This document shows positions 1 to 8,351 of a stretch of DNA of 47,106 bases, piece after piece. The stretch's first letter is position 1. Each line of letters opens with the position of its first letter. A program made the position numbers and the translations under genes. The DNA comes from Candidatus Parcubacteria bacterium (GTDB lineage: Bacteria; Patescibacteriota; Minisyncoccia; Phycocordibacterales; PALSA-1337), in the NCBI GenBank assembly GCA_028286835.1, contig JAQBQT010000025.1, forward strand, positions 1 to 47,106, given 5' to 3'. Under the pieces are notes generated by a model, which was given only the letters and a program-made list of their open reading frames with translations, was not told where the DNA came from and made no database searches.

Positions 1-5
1 CACTC

Positions 6-1535
6 CTACCTCGCGAATTCCACGGATCTCATTTCACGGATGATGGTCACTTTGATTTCACCAGGGTATTTGAGGTCCTTTTCGATCTTGAGGGCGATAT
101 CGCGGGCCAGGTTCTTGGCCTCCATGTCCCCGATCTCTTCAGGCCGTACGAATATGCGTATTTCACGGCCTGCTTGAAGAGCGTAGGACTTCTCGATGCC
201 TTTGAAGGAATTGGCCAGTGCTTCGAGGTCTCCCAAACGCTTGAGATAGTTCTCTACATTGTCGCGGCGTGCTCCTGGACGGGCGCCGGAGATTGCGTCA
301 GCTGTCTGAACGATGCGTGATTCAGCTGTTTCATACGGATATTCCTCGTGGTGAGCCTGCATAGCTTTCACGACTTCTTCAGGGGCGCCGAACTTCTGGA
401 GGATGCGGCGGCCTATCTCGACGTGCGTACCGGCGACTTCGTGGTCGAGAGCCTTGCCTAAGTCATGAAGGAGGGCTCCTGCCTTGGCGACCTGAACGTT
501 CGCTCCTATCTCTTCGGCGATCATGCCGGCGATATGAGCCATTTCTATGGAGTGCTGGAGCACATTCTGGCCATAGCTGGTGCGGAAATGGAGGCGTCCA
601 AGAATGAGGAGTATGCGCGGATCAAGTCCGACGACTCCGCATTCGTATGCGGCCTGTTCGCCCTTTTCCTTGATGGTCTTATTGATGTCCTGGCGGGCTT
701 TTTCAACGACCTGCTCGATGCGGGCCGGCTGGATGCGGCCATCCTTGATGAGCTCGCGAAGAGCCATCCCTGCGACGTGGCGGCGGACCGGGTCAAAGGA
801 AGATATCGTAATGGCGCCGGGAGAATCATCCACGAGGACTTCCACACCGGTGGCTCGTTCGAAAGCCTTGATGTTGCGGCCTTCTTTGCCGATGATCTTG
901 CCTTTGACGTCATCGCTCGGGATCTCTATGGTCGAGGACATGAAGTCTGACGCGACGGATGAGGCCAGACGCTGAATGGAGATAGCCAGGATGTCCTTGG
1001 CTTTCTGTTCGAGCATTTCTTCGCCCTGCATCTCGAGCTTCCTCATTCGGACCGTGAAATCTTCCTCGTTCTGCTTCTCGAGCATGCGGATTATCTCGGC
1101 CTTGGCGTCTTCTGCAGATAGTCGGGCTGCTTTTTCGAGCGCAGCAAGCCTGTCGTGCTCGAGTTTGTCGGCTTTGTCGCGGATAACCCGTATCTCATTG
1201 GCTTTTTCCTTGATGAGATCGACTTCCTTGTCTATGTCTAACTGGCGCTTGTCGAGGAGGTCCTCTTTCTTGATGAGGCGGTCTTCGGTCTGGCGGATTT
1301 TGTTCTCTTTCTCCTTTATTTCTATCGTTGCTGCATTGAGGGTTTGGGAGGCCTTAGCCTCTGCGTCAGCGGTGATCTTCTTGGCATCTTCTCTGGCGGC
1401 CAAAAGCATCTCTTTGACTTCGAGCTCCATGGACCCTTTCTTGCCCAAGGTGATGAGATAGCGGAGGTAATATCCGATCGCTATCCCGACAACCCCTGCA
1501 ATCGAGAGGAATAGGGCTACTTCTTTTAATGGCAT
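6..1535 (-). CDS. rny: Ribonuclease Y
   Basis: N-terminal TM helix, coiled coil, KH domain (KGKIIGKEGRNI), HD domain (LLHDLGK), C-terminal YPGEIKVT. Confidence 0.97.
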   Translation of the reverse strand: MPLKEVALFLSIAGVVGIAIGYYLRYLITLGKKGSMELEVKEMLLAAREDAKKITADAEAKASQTLNAATIEIKEKENKIRQTEDRLIKKEDLLDKRQLDIDKEVDLIKEKANEIRVIRDKADKLEHDRLAALEKAARLSAEDAKAEIIRMLEKQNEEDFTVRMRKLEMQGEEMLEQKAKDILAISIQRLASSVASDFMSSTIEIPSDDVKGKIIGKEGRNIKAFERATGVEVLVDDSPGAITISSFDPVRRHVAGMALRELIKDGRIQPARIEQVVEKARQDINKTIKEKGEQAAYECGVVGLDPRILLILGRLHFRTSYGQNVLQHSIEMAHIAGMIAEEIGANVQVAKAGALLHDLGKALDHEVAGTHVEIGRRILQKFGAPEEVVKAMQAHHEEYPYETAESRIVQTADAISGARPGARRDNVENYLKRLGDLEALANSFKGIEKSYALQAGREIRIFVRPEEIGDMEAKNLARDIALKIEKDLKYPGEIKVTIIREMRSVEFAR

Positions 1536-1544
1536 ATGCGGTGG

Positions 1545-1645
1545 CGACCCGCTCTTCGGGAGCTATGGTGATATCAAGATATGATCGTGTCGGGGGTTGG
1601 AATATTTCATACGTTGGGTGTCACGAACTTCAGGAAGGCGGGTCG
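1545..1645 (-). ncRNA. Long imperfect hairpin in the rny 5' leader (structured leader or 6S-like RNA candidate)
   Basis: CGACCCGC (1545-52) pairs with GCGGGTCG (1638-45); inner arms GTGATATCAA/TTGGGTGTCAC and TATGA/TCATA; strand not certain. Confidence 0.4.
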
Positions 1646-1670
1646 GAATTTAATATTTGGTAACGCCTCC

Positions 1671-1699
1671 ATGATATACCGCTCTTTACTTTTCCGCAA
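1671..1699 (-). promoter_or_regulatory. sigma70-like promoter for rny
   Basis: Minus strand TTGCGG-N17-TATCAT. Confidence 0.55.
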
Positions 1700-1738
1700 C
1701 TCCACGATATATTTTTAACCTAATCAACACTACTATAT

Positions 1739-2320
1739 ATGCTTATTCCCACAGTTATTGAAAAATCGAGCTTTGGCGAGCGTGCATATGACATATATTC
1801 ACGCCTTTTGAAGGATAATGTCATCTTTTTGGGCGGCCAGATCGATGATCATATGGCTAACCTTATCATCGCCCAGCTCCTTTTCCTCCAGTCCGAGGAT
1901 CCGAAAAAGGACATCAGCATGTACATAAACTCTCCGGGTGGCTCAGTTACTTCAACATTGGCCATCGTAGATACCATGCAGCACGTCAAGAATGACATTT
2001 CTACTGTATGCGTAGGCATGGCAGCTTCCGGCGCGGCCATGGTTCTCTCCGCAGGAACCAAGGGCAAGCGCATGGCCCTTCCGACTTCCGAAGTGATGAT
2101 CCATCAGCCTCTCGGCGGCGCAGAAGGACAGGCCTCCGATATCGAGATCAGCGCCCGCCACATCCTCAAAATGCGAGCCACGCTCAACAAGATGCTCGCC
2201 AAGAATACCGGCCAGACCCTCGCCAAGATCGAAAAGGACGTCGATCGCGATTTCTTCATGGATGCCGAAGAGGCAAAGAAGTACGGCATCATCGACCAGG
2301 TCGTCGCCTCAAAGAAATAA
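1739..2320 (+). CDS. clpP: ATP-dependent Clp protease proteolytic subunit
   Basis: [24 protein letters not shown] (catalytic Ser), MIHQP (His), DRDFFM. Confidence 0.98.
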   Translation: MLIPTVIEKSSFGERAYDIYSRLLKDNVIFLGGQIDDHMANLIIAQLLFLQSEDPKKDISMYINSPGGSVTSTLAIVDTMQHVKNDISTVCVGMAASGAAMVLSAGTKGKRMALPTSEVMIHQPLGGAEGQASDIEISARHILKMRATLNKMLAKNTGQTLAKIEKDVDRDFFMDAEEAKKYGIIDQVVASKK

Positions 2321-2332
2321 TCCCTGCGCCAT

Positions 2333-3037
2333 ATGCGCCTGCATAGATTTTTTATAGCGGAAACTATCGGCGGCAAGGCCGAGATTTCTGTTTCCTCTGC
2401 AGAGCTCGCTCATCAGATGAGTCATGTTTTTCGCTTGGGGAAAGGGGACCACATCATTTTGTTCGATGGTTCAGGCTCGGACAGTGAATGCGAGATCCTA
2501 GAAATCGGAAAAGAGACATTGAAGTTTCGCGTCGTCTCATCCGAAGCTAGCCGGTATATGCCTTCGCGAAAGGTGTATCTCTATGCCGCTATCGTGAAAA
2601 AGGGTAATTTCGAATTTATTGTCGAGAAGGCTACCGAGCTCGGCGTAACCGATATCATTCCCGTCATGGCCGAGCGGAGCGAAAAGAAATCACTGAATGA
2701 AGAGAGGCTCACAAAGATCGCCGTAGAGGCAAGCGAACAGAGCGGTCGGGGCAGTGTGCCCAAGATCCACGGGATCACGTCTCTGGGAGACTCGATCAAC
2801 CACGCGAAAAAAGAAACGGATACCCAGGAGGCATTTCATACTGAAGGGGAGCCTTTTGACTCTGCAGTCGTTTCAAAGACTGGGGCAGTCGCTATTTTTA
2901 TAGGTCCGGAGGGTGGCTGGTCGCCATCTGAATTGGAGCTGTTTCATGCTCAATGTATCGACGTGGCTTGTCTTGGCGCACAGGTTCTCCGAGCTGAGAC
3001 AGCAGTTATTGCAGCACTTTCAGTTGTCGTATTCTAA
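2333..3037 (+). CDS. rsmE: 16S rRNA m3U1498 methyltransferase
   Basis: HVFRL, KATELGV, EASEQSGR, IGPEGGW, LRAETA. Confidence 0.95.
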   Translation: MRLHRFFIAETIGGKAEISVSSAELAHQMSHVFRLGKGDHIILFDGSGSDSECEILEIGKETLKFRVVSSEASRYMPSRKVYLYAAIVKKGNFEFIVEKATELGVTDIIPVMAERSEKKSLNEERLTKIAVEASEQSGRGSVPKIHGITSLGDSINHAKKETDTQEAFHTEGEPFDSAVVSKTGAVAIFIGPEGGWSPSELELFHAQCIDVACLGAQVLRAETAVIAALSVVVF

Positions 3038-3062
3038 AAAGAGCCGATTTACAAGCTCTTTT
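3037..3062. terminator. Bidirectional intrinsic terminator after rsmE
   Basis: AAAAGAGC...GCTCTTTT inverted repeat between convergent genes. Confidence 0.55.
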
Positions 3063-3119
3063 ATGTCATATATAAAAATGACGACCATATGATCGTCATC
3101 GTTGTCTCTGAATGATTAC

Positions 3120-3410
3120 TTATCCTTCGCCCAGCAGATTTTTACCGTCGCGGGTTAATGGGTCAATGAAGCCAATTCCATGAATATGAGTCATTCGTGG
3201 ACGGGAATCGAGATACTCCTTTATCGCTATTCCCGCAACTGCAATTGATGCTTTCCATCGAGCATCGCATTCTGGACACCTGGGCCCTGCTCTCAGAAAA
3301 GGATCGCCGCATGTAGGACAGTGAATTTCCCGCCAAAGTCTATCTTGTTCTGGACTACCAACGCTTGTAATCAAAATTGCATATCCTTGCACAGTATTTT
3401 CGTACGCCAT
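3120..3410 (-). CDS. Small hypothetical zinc-ribbon protein
   Basis: CPTC-x10-CPEC; upstream TTGCAT-N16-TAGTAT and AGGAG SD; AT-richer than neighbours. Confidence 0.6.
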   Translation of the reverse strand: MAYENTVQGYAILITSVGSPEQDRLWREIHCPTCGDPFLRAGPRCPECDARWKASIAVAGIAIKEYLDSRPRMTHIHGIGFIDPLTRDGKNLLGEG

Positions 3411-3481
3411 AGTTTTTGTCTCCTTCTAAGAAAGATACTAGCATTAAGGCATGCAAATGCAATTCAGAGCCAAATAATGCC

Positions 3482-4561
3482 TTATTTCCCCGCCTGCGCT
3501 TCCAGAAACTCAAAAACCTTCTCGTTCGTGAGGACCGTCTCTGCGTAGACTGCTGCGCGTTCACGATCGGCGTCCTTATAGTGCTCGACGATGTGATTGA
3601 CTTCGGCTTCGATCTCTTCGGGTTTCGGAGCGATCATTTCAGCCTTTGAGATGGCGTTCAGGATGAGCTGAAGCTTGGCTTTCTTCTCGGCGCTGGGCTT
3701 CCATTCTGCGCGCAGGTCCTCGATAGTTTTCTTGGCATGCTTGAGATAGTCCTCGAGGGTGAGGCCCATGCGCTCGATGTCGGCGCGGAATTGGGCTTCG
3801 GTTCGGCTGAGTTCGCTTTCTATCATGATGTCAGGCAATTCGAGTTTCACAGCTGCGGACAAGGAGTCGGCTATCTGAATGCGGCGCTTCTCACGAGCCG
3901 CGGACTTCTTGTCTTCGGCGAGCATCTCCGACAGCTTATTCCGGAAATCAGGCACGTCATTGAATGTTCCGATCTTCTGTACGAACTCGTCGGTCAGTTC
4001 GGGGAGGTTCTCCATGACTGACTTCTCGTGCTCTTCCGGAGTCATCTTGTCGTGATCGTGGCCTTCATGCGATGCGTGCGTCTTGCGGATGCGCAGGATT
4101 GCGTCCTCGATATCCTTGTCTGTGACGGCCTCTTCTTTCTTCGTGTCAGATTCAGCGAGGGCTTTGGCGGCTAGCTTCTTATAGTCGGGAAGTTCCAGAG
4201 AGGGGACTACGGCGGTGACGGCCTTGAATTCAAGCGCGTTGCCTGCGGCGAGCTTCATCACCTGGATCATCGGCTTGCCGATCGCATCTATATTCTTGGC
4301 CACGAGAACCTCTACATATGCTTTTGGCACGGCCAATTCTGCCATCTCTTCAAGGATAGCCATCTCGCCGACTTTGGCGATAAGGACTTTTTCAGGGATG
4401 TTGCCTTTGCGGAATCCATCTATCGAAACTGAGTCGTTGATGTTCTTCAGGGCCTTGGCACGGAACTTTTCCCATACGGCGGTGGGAATTGATGCGGTGA
4501 TCTCGACGCGGGAGCCGTCGAGCGCTTTCACCGAGGCTTCGGAGGGTGTTTTGTTTTCCAT
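3482..4561 (-). CDS. tig: Trigger factor lacking the FKBP PPIase domain
   Basis: Ribosome-binding motif IDGFRKGNIP; LPELTDEF and the C-terminal domain follow after only a short linker. Confidence 0.93.
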   Translation of the reverse strand: MENKTPSEASVKALDGSRVEITASIPTAVWEKFRAKALKNINDSVSIDGFRKGNIPEKVLIAKVGEMAILEEMAELAVPKAYVEVLVAKNIDAIGKPMIQVMKLAAGNALEFKAVTAVVPSLELPDYKKLAAKALAESDTKKEEAVTDKDIEDAILRIRKTHASHEGHDHDKMTPEEHEKSVMENLPELTDEFVQKIGTFNDVPDFRNKLSEMLAEDKKSAAREKRRIQIADSLSAAVKLELPDIMIESELSRTEAQFRADIERMGLTLEDYLKHAKKTIEDLRAEWKPSAEKKAKLQLILNAISKAEMIAPKPEEIEAEVNHIVEHYKDADRERAAVYAETVLTNEKVFEFLEAQAGK

Positions 4562-4576
4562 AAATCGCAGTCTACC

Positions 4577-4894
4577 TTAGAAATTCTGATTGTCCAGGCC
4601 GTTTGTAGAAGCGTCTAGGTCTGCCTGCATTGATTTCACGTCAGTCGAAGTGCTTGTGATGGTTTTGACTGTTGTCGAAGCGGCCTGATCGTCAGTGGAA
4701 GATGCTGTGTCATCGGGAATGACAGGGGAAGTGATGCGAGCCGCAAATAGATAGAGCGCGACGAAAATGAGAACAAGGACGATGATCAGGCTGGCGATGA
4801 TGGGACCGACCTTCTTGTCGCCCTGCGGTTCTGGAGCTGGGGAAGGAGTAGGCGTATACGGGGTGTTTATCGGTGGCTGGTTGCTTGGTTCCAT
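4577..4894 (-). CDS. Hypothetical single-pass membrane protein
   Basis: Pro-rich N-terminus, one TM helix (IIASLIIVLVLIFVALYLF), S/T/D-rich tail; co-oriented with tig. Confidence 0.75.
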   Translation of the reverse strand: MEPSNQPPINTPYTPTPSPAPEPQGDKKVGPIIASLIIVLVLIFVALYLFAARITSPVIPDDTASSTDDQAASTTVKTITSTSTDVKSMQADLDASTNGLDNQNF

Positions 4895-4939
4895 GAGGCT
4901 AGTGATTTAGTTTTTATAGTATGACAATAATACTATACA

Positions 4940-5689
4940 TTATTCGTGAAGAGAAACTCCGAGGGCTTTTGCGATGGCGATGACGACCTCGTTGAGGGCT
5001 CGGCGCGCATCAGAGACAGCCTTGATCGCATTGCCTCCGATCTCGCGCGGCTTGCCGAGGTCGATCGTGGTAGTGGCGCTAACGCCGGCTGTAGTAGTTG
5101 CTGCAGGTGCAAAAGATTTTAGATCCTGAATGGCCTTGTCGGCGAGGGATATTTTGTCATCGGCGGCTGAAAGGAGGGTTTTTGCCGAGGTCATATCCTT
5201 GCCGTTGCCTGTTTCGAGGGAGATGCGGGCTGAGATGCGGCCGCGGATCTGCTTCAGGTTGTTGAGAGCGTGCGTGAGCTCATCGGTGAGATGGGTGAGC
5301 ATCCGAGCGAATACTTCCTTGTGCACCTGCTCAGAGCGTCCGCGATTTTCATGCTCTTCCGTCGAAGAAGCGAGCTTTCGCATAAAGGCTGGAGGAGCGA
5401 AATGAGTGCTCGTGCCTTCTTCGTGGCGTATCTCGCCTTCTATCTTTGCCTTGAGCAAAAGGGGATGGCTTGGCGCGCCGTCTTGGCCGTCACGAGGCGT
5501 GGTCGAAGCATGCTCTGAGCGCTTTTCCAAGATAGCGTTGCGATAATCCTCGTTATTGTGCACGTTCTCAGCGTATGTCTGGTAGTTCAGCTGCAGTTTC
5601 TGCTTGACTGTTTCGGCGTTGGCGATAAGCGGCAGAGCCATGCTTATGGCAACGGCTGCATATGCGGCAATAAAGGGATATTTTTTCAT
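4940..5689 (-). CDS. Hypothetical secreted helical protein
   Basis: Signal peptide MKKYPFIAAYAAVAISMALPLIANA; coiled-coil-like C-terminal half. Confidence 0.8.
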   Translation of the reverse strand: MKKYPFIAAYAAVAISMALPLIANAETVKQKLQLNYQTYAENVHNNEDYRNAILEKRSEHASTTPRDGQDGAPSHPLLLKAKIEGEIRHEEGTSTHFAPPAFMRKLASSTEEHENRGRSEQVHKEVFARMLTHLTDELTHALNNLKQIRGRISARISLETGNGKDMTSAKTLLSAADDKISLADKAIQDLKSFAPAATTTAGVSATTTIDLGKPREIGGNAIKAVSDARRALNEVVIAIAKALGVSLHE

Positions 5690-5728
5690 AAATGGATTAT
5701 ATCATGGCGGCAGTGGGCCGCCGGGAGG

Positions 5729-6250
5729 CTATTTTTTAGCCTTTTTATAGAGGGCGATGCCTTCCGCGAAGGCTGCTTTGGCTGCCGCGGCGCCTTTGAA
5801 GCCTGATACGGCTACTTTTTTGTTCTGAAGATGCTTGTAGGTCACGTAGAAGTGCTCGATCTCGCGAAGGGTGTGCTCATTCACGTCCGAAATGTCCTGT
5901 ACTTTGTTCCAACGCGGGTCCGAGACGGGAACGGCGATGATCTTGTCGTCTTCGTCACCGGAATCATTCATGCTCATGATGGCGACAGGACGAACCTCGA
6001 CGAGAATGCCAGCGAGAAGAGGGTGAGTGGTCAGAACGATGACATCGAGCGCGTCTCCGTCATGCCAGAGGGTCTGGGGCACGAAGCCGTAGTCGAACGG
6101 GAAATGCTGGGCGGTATGCATGACGCGGTCCAGCTTGATGAGGCCGGAAGCCTTGTCTATCTCGTATTTGTTCGCAGAACCCTTGGGGATCTCAATGATG
6201 ACATTGATAGCTTCAGGGGTGCCTGGCTCCATATCGTGAAGTAGATGCAT
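5729..6250 (-). CDS. ppa: Family I inorganic pyrophosphatase
   Basis: IEIPKGS.NKYE, DYGFVPQT, DGDALDV, DDKIIAVP. Confidence 0.97.
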   Translation of the reverse strand: MHLLHDMEPGTPEAINVIIEIPKGSANKYEIDKASGLIKLDRVMHTAQHFPFDYGFVPQTLWHDGDALDVIVLTTHPLLAGILVEVRPVAIMSMNDSGDEDDKIIAVPVSDPRWNKVQDISDVNEHTLREIEHFYVTYKHLQNKKVAVSGFKGAAAAKAAFAEGIALYKKAKK

Positions 6251-6294
6251 ATGATTGTGTGATTAGCGGATAGAATAGGGAAAGTTTAGCAGAT

Positions 6295-7479
6295 TTATGC
6301 GGCTGCTGGAGCGGTTTCTGTCTTTGTTTCATCCGCATCCTCGTCTTCTTTGTCCTCTTCCTTGTCGCCGCTCGCGGACTTGATGTCGATCTTCCAGCCG
6401 GTGAGCTTGGCTGCGAGGCGCACGTTCTGGCCGCCCTTACCGATGGCAAGAGACTGTTCGTCTTCGGTGACGATGACGATGGCGCGGTGCTGCTCGTCTA
6501 TAAGCTCGAGGGAAACCACTTCGGCAGGAGAGAGAGCCTCTTCGATGAAGAGAGCCGGATCCTCATTCCATTCGACGATATCTATCTTCTCGCCTGAGAG
6601 CTCGCTCGTGACTGTCGAAACGCGAACACCGCGCTGTCCGACGAGGGAACCGATCGGATCGATGTGGGAATCATGAGAGATGACGGCCACCTTGGAGCGT
6701 GAGCCGGCTTCGCGGGCGATAGCCTTGATCTCGACTGTGCCTGCCGCGATCTCCGGTGCTTCGGTCTCGAAGAGCTTGGCCAGGAATTTAGGATGGGCGC
6801 GTGAGAGCTTGAGGACGATGCCGCGAGGAGTTTCCTCCACTGCATAGAGATATGCGCGGATGCGGTCGCCGGTTTTCCAGCGCTCGCTCGGGATCTGCTC
6901 TTCGTACGGGATGACGCCGACTGCGCGGCCCATATCGATATGGACGACGCCGCGTTCGACACGCTCTACGATGCCCGCGACGATCTCGCCCTCTTTCTGG
7001 CCGTATTCTCCCATGACGGAGACTTTTTCGGCTTCGCGGATCTTTTGGATGATGATCTGCTTTGCTGTCTGGGCTGCGATGCGGCCGAAATCAGCCTTCA
7101 TTTCGAGGGGGAATACGAGCTCGTCGCCGATGGCGGCGTCTTTCTTGATGCGGCGGGCGTCTTCTATGAGCATGTGCTGTTCCGGGTTGAAGCGGATCTT
7201 GATGTCTTCGACGGCCGTATCCTTGAGATCGGTCTCGGGCTCCTCGTCGCCTTCCATGATGACCTGGTTGCGGTCTACGACGATCTTCACCTGCCAGAAC
7301 TCTACTGAGCCGCTATTCTGGTCGAATGATGCGCGGACTATCTGGCCTTTTTTGCCGTATTCCTTCTTATAGGCTGTGGCGAAAGCCATGGCGATGGCCT
7401 CGAGGGTCTTGTCGCGGGGGATGCCGCGTTCCTCTTCGAGCTGCTGCACTACTGAATTGATTGTTTTGAGATCAAACAT
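6295..7479 (-). CDS. nusA: Transcription factor NusA
   Basis: FGRIAAQTAKQ, S1 domain, AREAGSRSKVAV, SLAIGKGGQNVRLAAKLTGWKIDI. Confidence 0.98.
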   Translation of the reverse strand: MFDLKTINSVVQQLEEERGIPRDKTLEAIAMAFATAYKKEYGKKGQIVRASFDQNSGSVEFWQVKIVVDRNQVIMEGDEEPETDLKDTAVEDIKIRFNPEQHMLIEDARRIKKDAAIGDELVFPLEMKADFGRIAAQTAKQIIIQKIREAEKVSVMGEYGQKEGEIVAGIVERVERGVVHIDMGRAVGVIPYEEQIPSERWKTGDRIRAYLYAVEETPRGIVLKLSRAHPKFLAKLFETEAPEIAAGTVEIKAIAREAGSRSKVAVISHDSHIDPIGSLVGQRGVRVSTVTSELSGEKIDIVEWNEDPALFIEEALSPAEVVSLELIDEQHRAIVIVTEDEQSLAIGKGGQNVRLAAKLTGWKIDIKSASGDKEEDKEDEDADETKTETAPAAA

Positions 7480-7514
7480 GATATTACGTTGTTATTCTGC
7501 TGTTATTAAGTTGT

Positions 7515-7600
7515 ACGGCCTGGGCCGTTTAACGGACAAATTCGCCTTTCGGGCGAATGTACTAATGGCATAAATATACCAGAATCGTATGAAAAAGCAA
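7515..7600 (-). promoter_or_regulatory. nusA promoter and leader hairpins (possible attenuator)
   Basis: TTGCTT-N16-TATATT with extended TG; leader hairpin ATTCGCC-CGAAA-GGCGAAT followed by TTGTCCGTT; second hairpin ACGGC-CCAG-GCCGT. Confidence 0.45.
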
Positions 7601-7692
7601 TGTCCACATTGGACACCCTCTTCAGAACGTGGTATTTATTATGTGGATCAAAAACTCGTTACAACCCAAAAAATCAACATTTAGGATCACAC

Positions 7693-8232
7693 ATGTCCGA
7701 TGAAATTAAAGGAAAAGAGGCCACTGTCATGCTCGTGTCGAGAGTTTTCTCTCTTTTTTCCGGAGTCACCACATTCAGGGCGCTGGTTGAAAAATATGTA
7801 CTGAATGACCGGGCGCTTCATGCGCAAGGAAAATGGGATCCTCGTAATCCCAATCTGATAGTTAATAAGATCAAGTCCTGCCTCATTGATATGGACCCTG
7901 TATATCTTCCAGAGGTGCATTCCGATTATCGAGCAGATATCCTCTGGTCTTGGTACCGCAAGGCTATACCATCCGTTTGGATGATGCATGAGTCGATTGC
8001 CGGCGAAAAACACGAGCTCGCCTGCATGTATCTGTCTGAATTGATGCAGATGGAGTGGTCTGCTGATCAAAAGCGCCAACTCGAGCACGCCCAGCTCGCT
8101 CGCATCTGGTTGTTCCTTCATCATGGGGATCATGAAGAAGCAGAGCAGTGGATACCGACCCTGAAGTCCTTGGACCATCAGAAGATGGCACGCGAAGTCC
8201 TTAATTCATCGAATAGGTCGTGCGCAGCTTAG
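7693..8232 (+). CDS. Hypothetical protein (likely start MSDEIKG at 7693)
   Basis: Open frame 7600-8232; AGGA upstream of ATG 7693; terminator downstream; no recognisable motif. Confidence 0.6.
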   Translation: MSDEIKGKEATVMLVSRVFSLFSGVTTFRALVEKYVLNDRALHAQGKWDPRNPNLIVNKIKSCLIDMDPVYLPEVHSDYRADILWSWYRKAIPSVWMMHESIAGEKHELACMYLSELMQMEWSADQKRQLEHAQLARIWLFLHHGDHEEAEQWIPTLKSLDHQKMAREVLNSSNRSCAA

Positions 8233-8257
8233 TCATCAGCTGAATTTTCTCAGTCTC

Positions 8258-8289
8258 GCCCCTCGGTTTCAAACCGGAGGGGCTTTTTT
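8258..8289 (+). terminator. Intrinsic terminator
   Basis: GCCCCTCGGTTT/AAACCGGAGGGGC followed by TTTTTT. Confidence 0.7.
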
Positions 8290-8351
8290 ATTGGTTCAAG
8301 CAAGTTTTCCTCATCTTCGTTGGGCTGCTGCCGTGTTACAATTACCTTAAT

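Noticed and set aside
1545-1645. SRP (4.5S) RNA as the identity of the hairpin
   Set aside because: The conserved CAGG-stem-GNRA-stem-AGCA helix-8 motif is not present.
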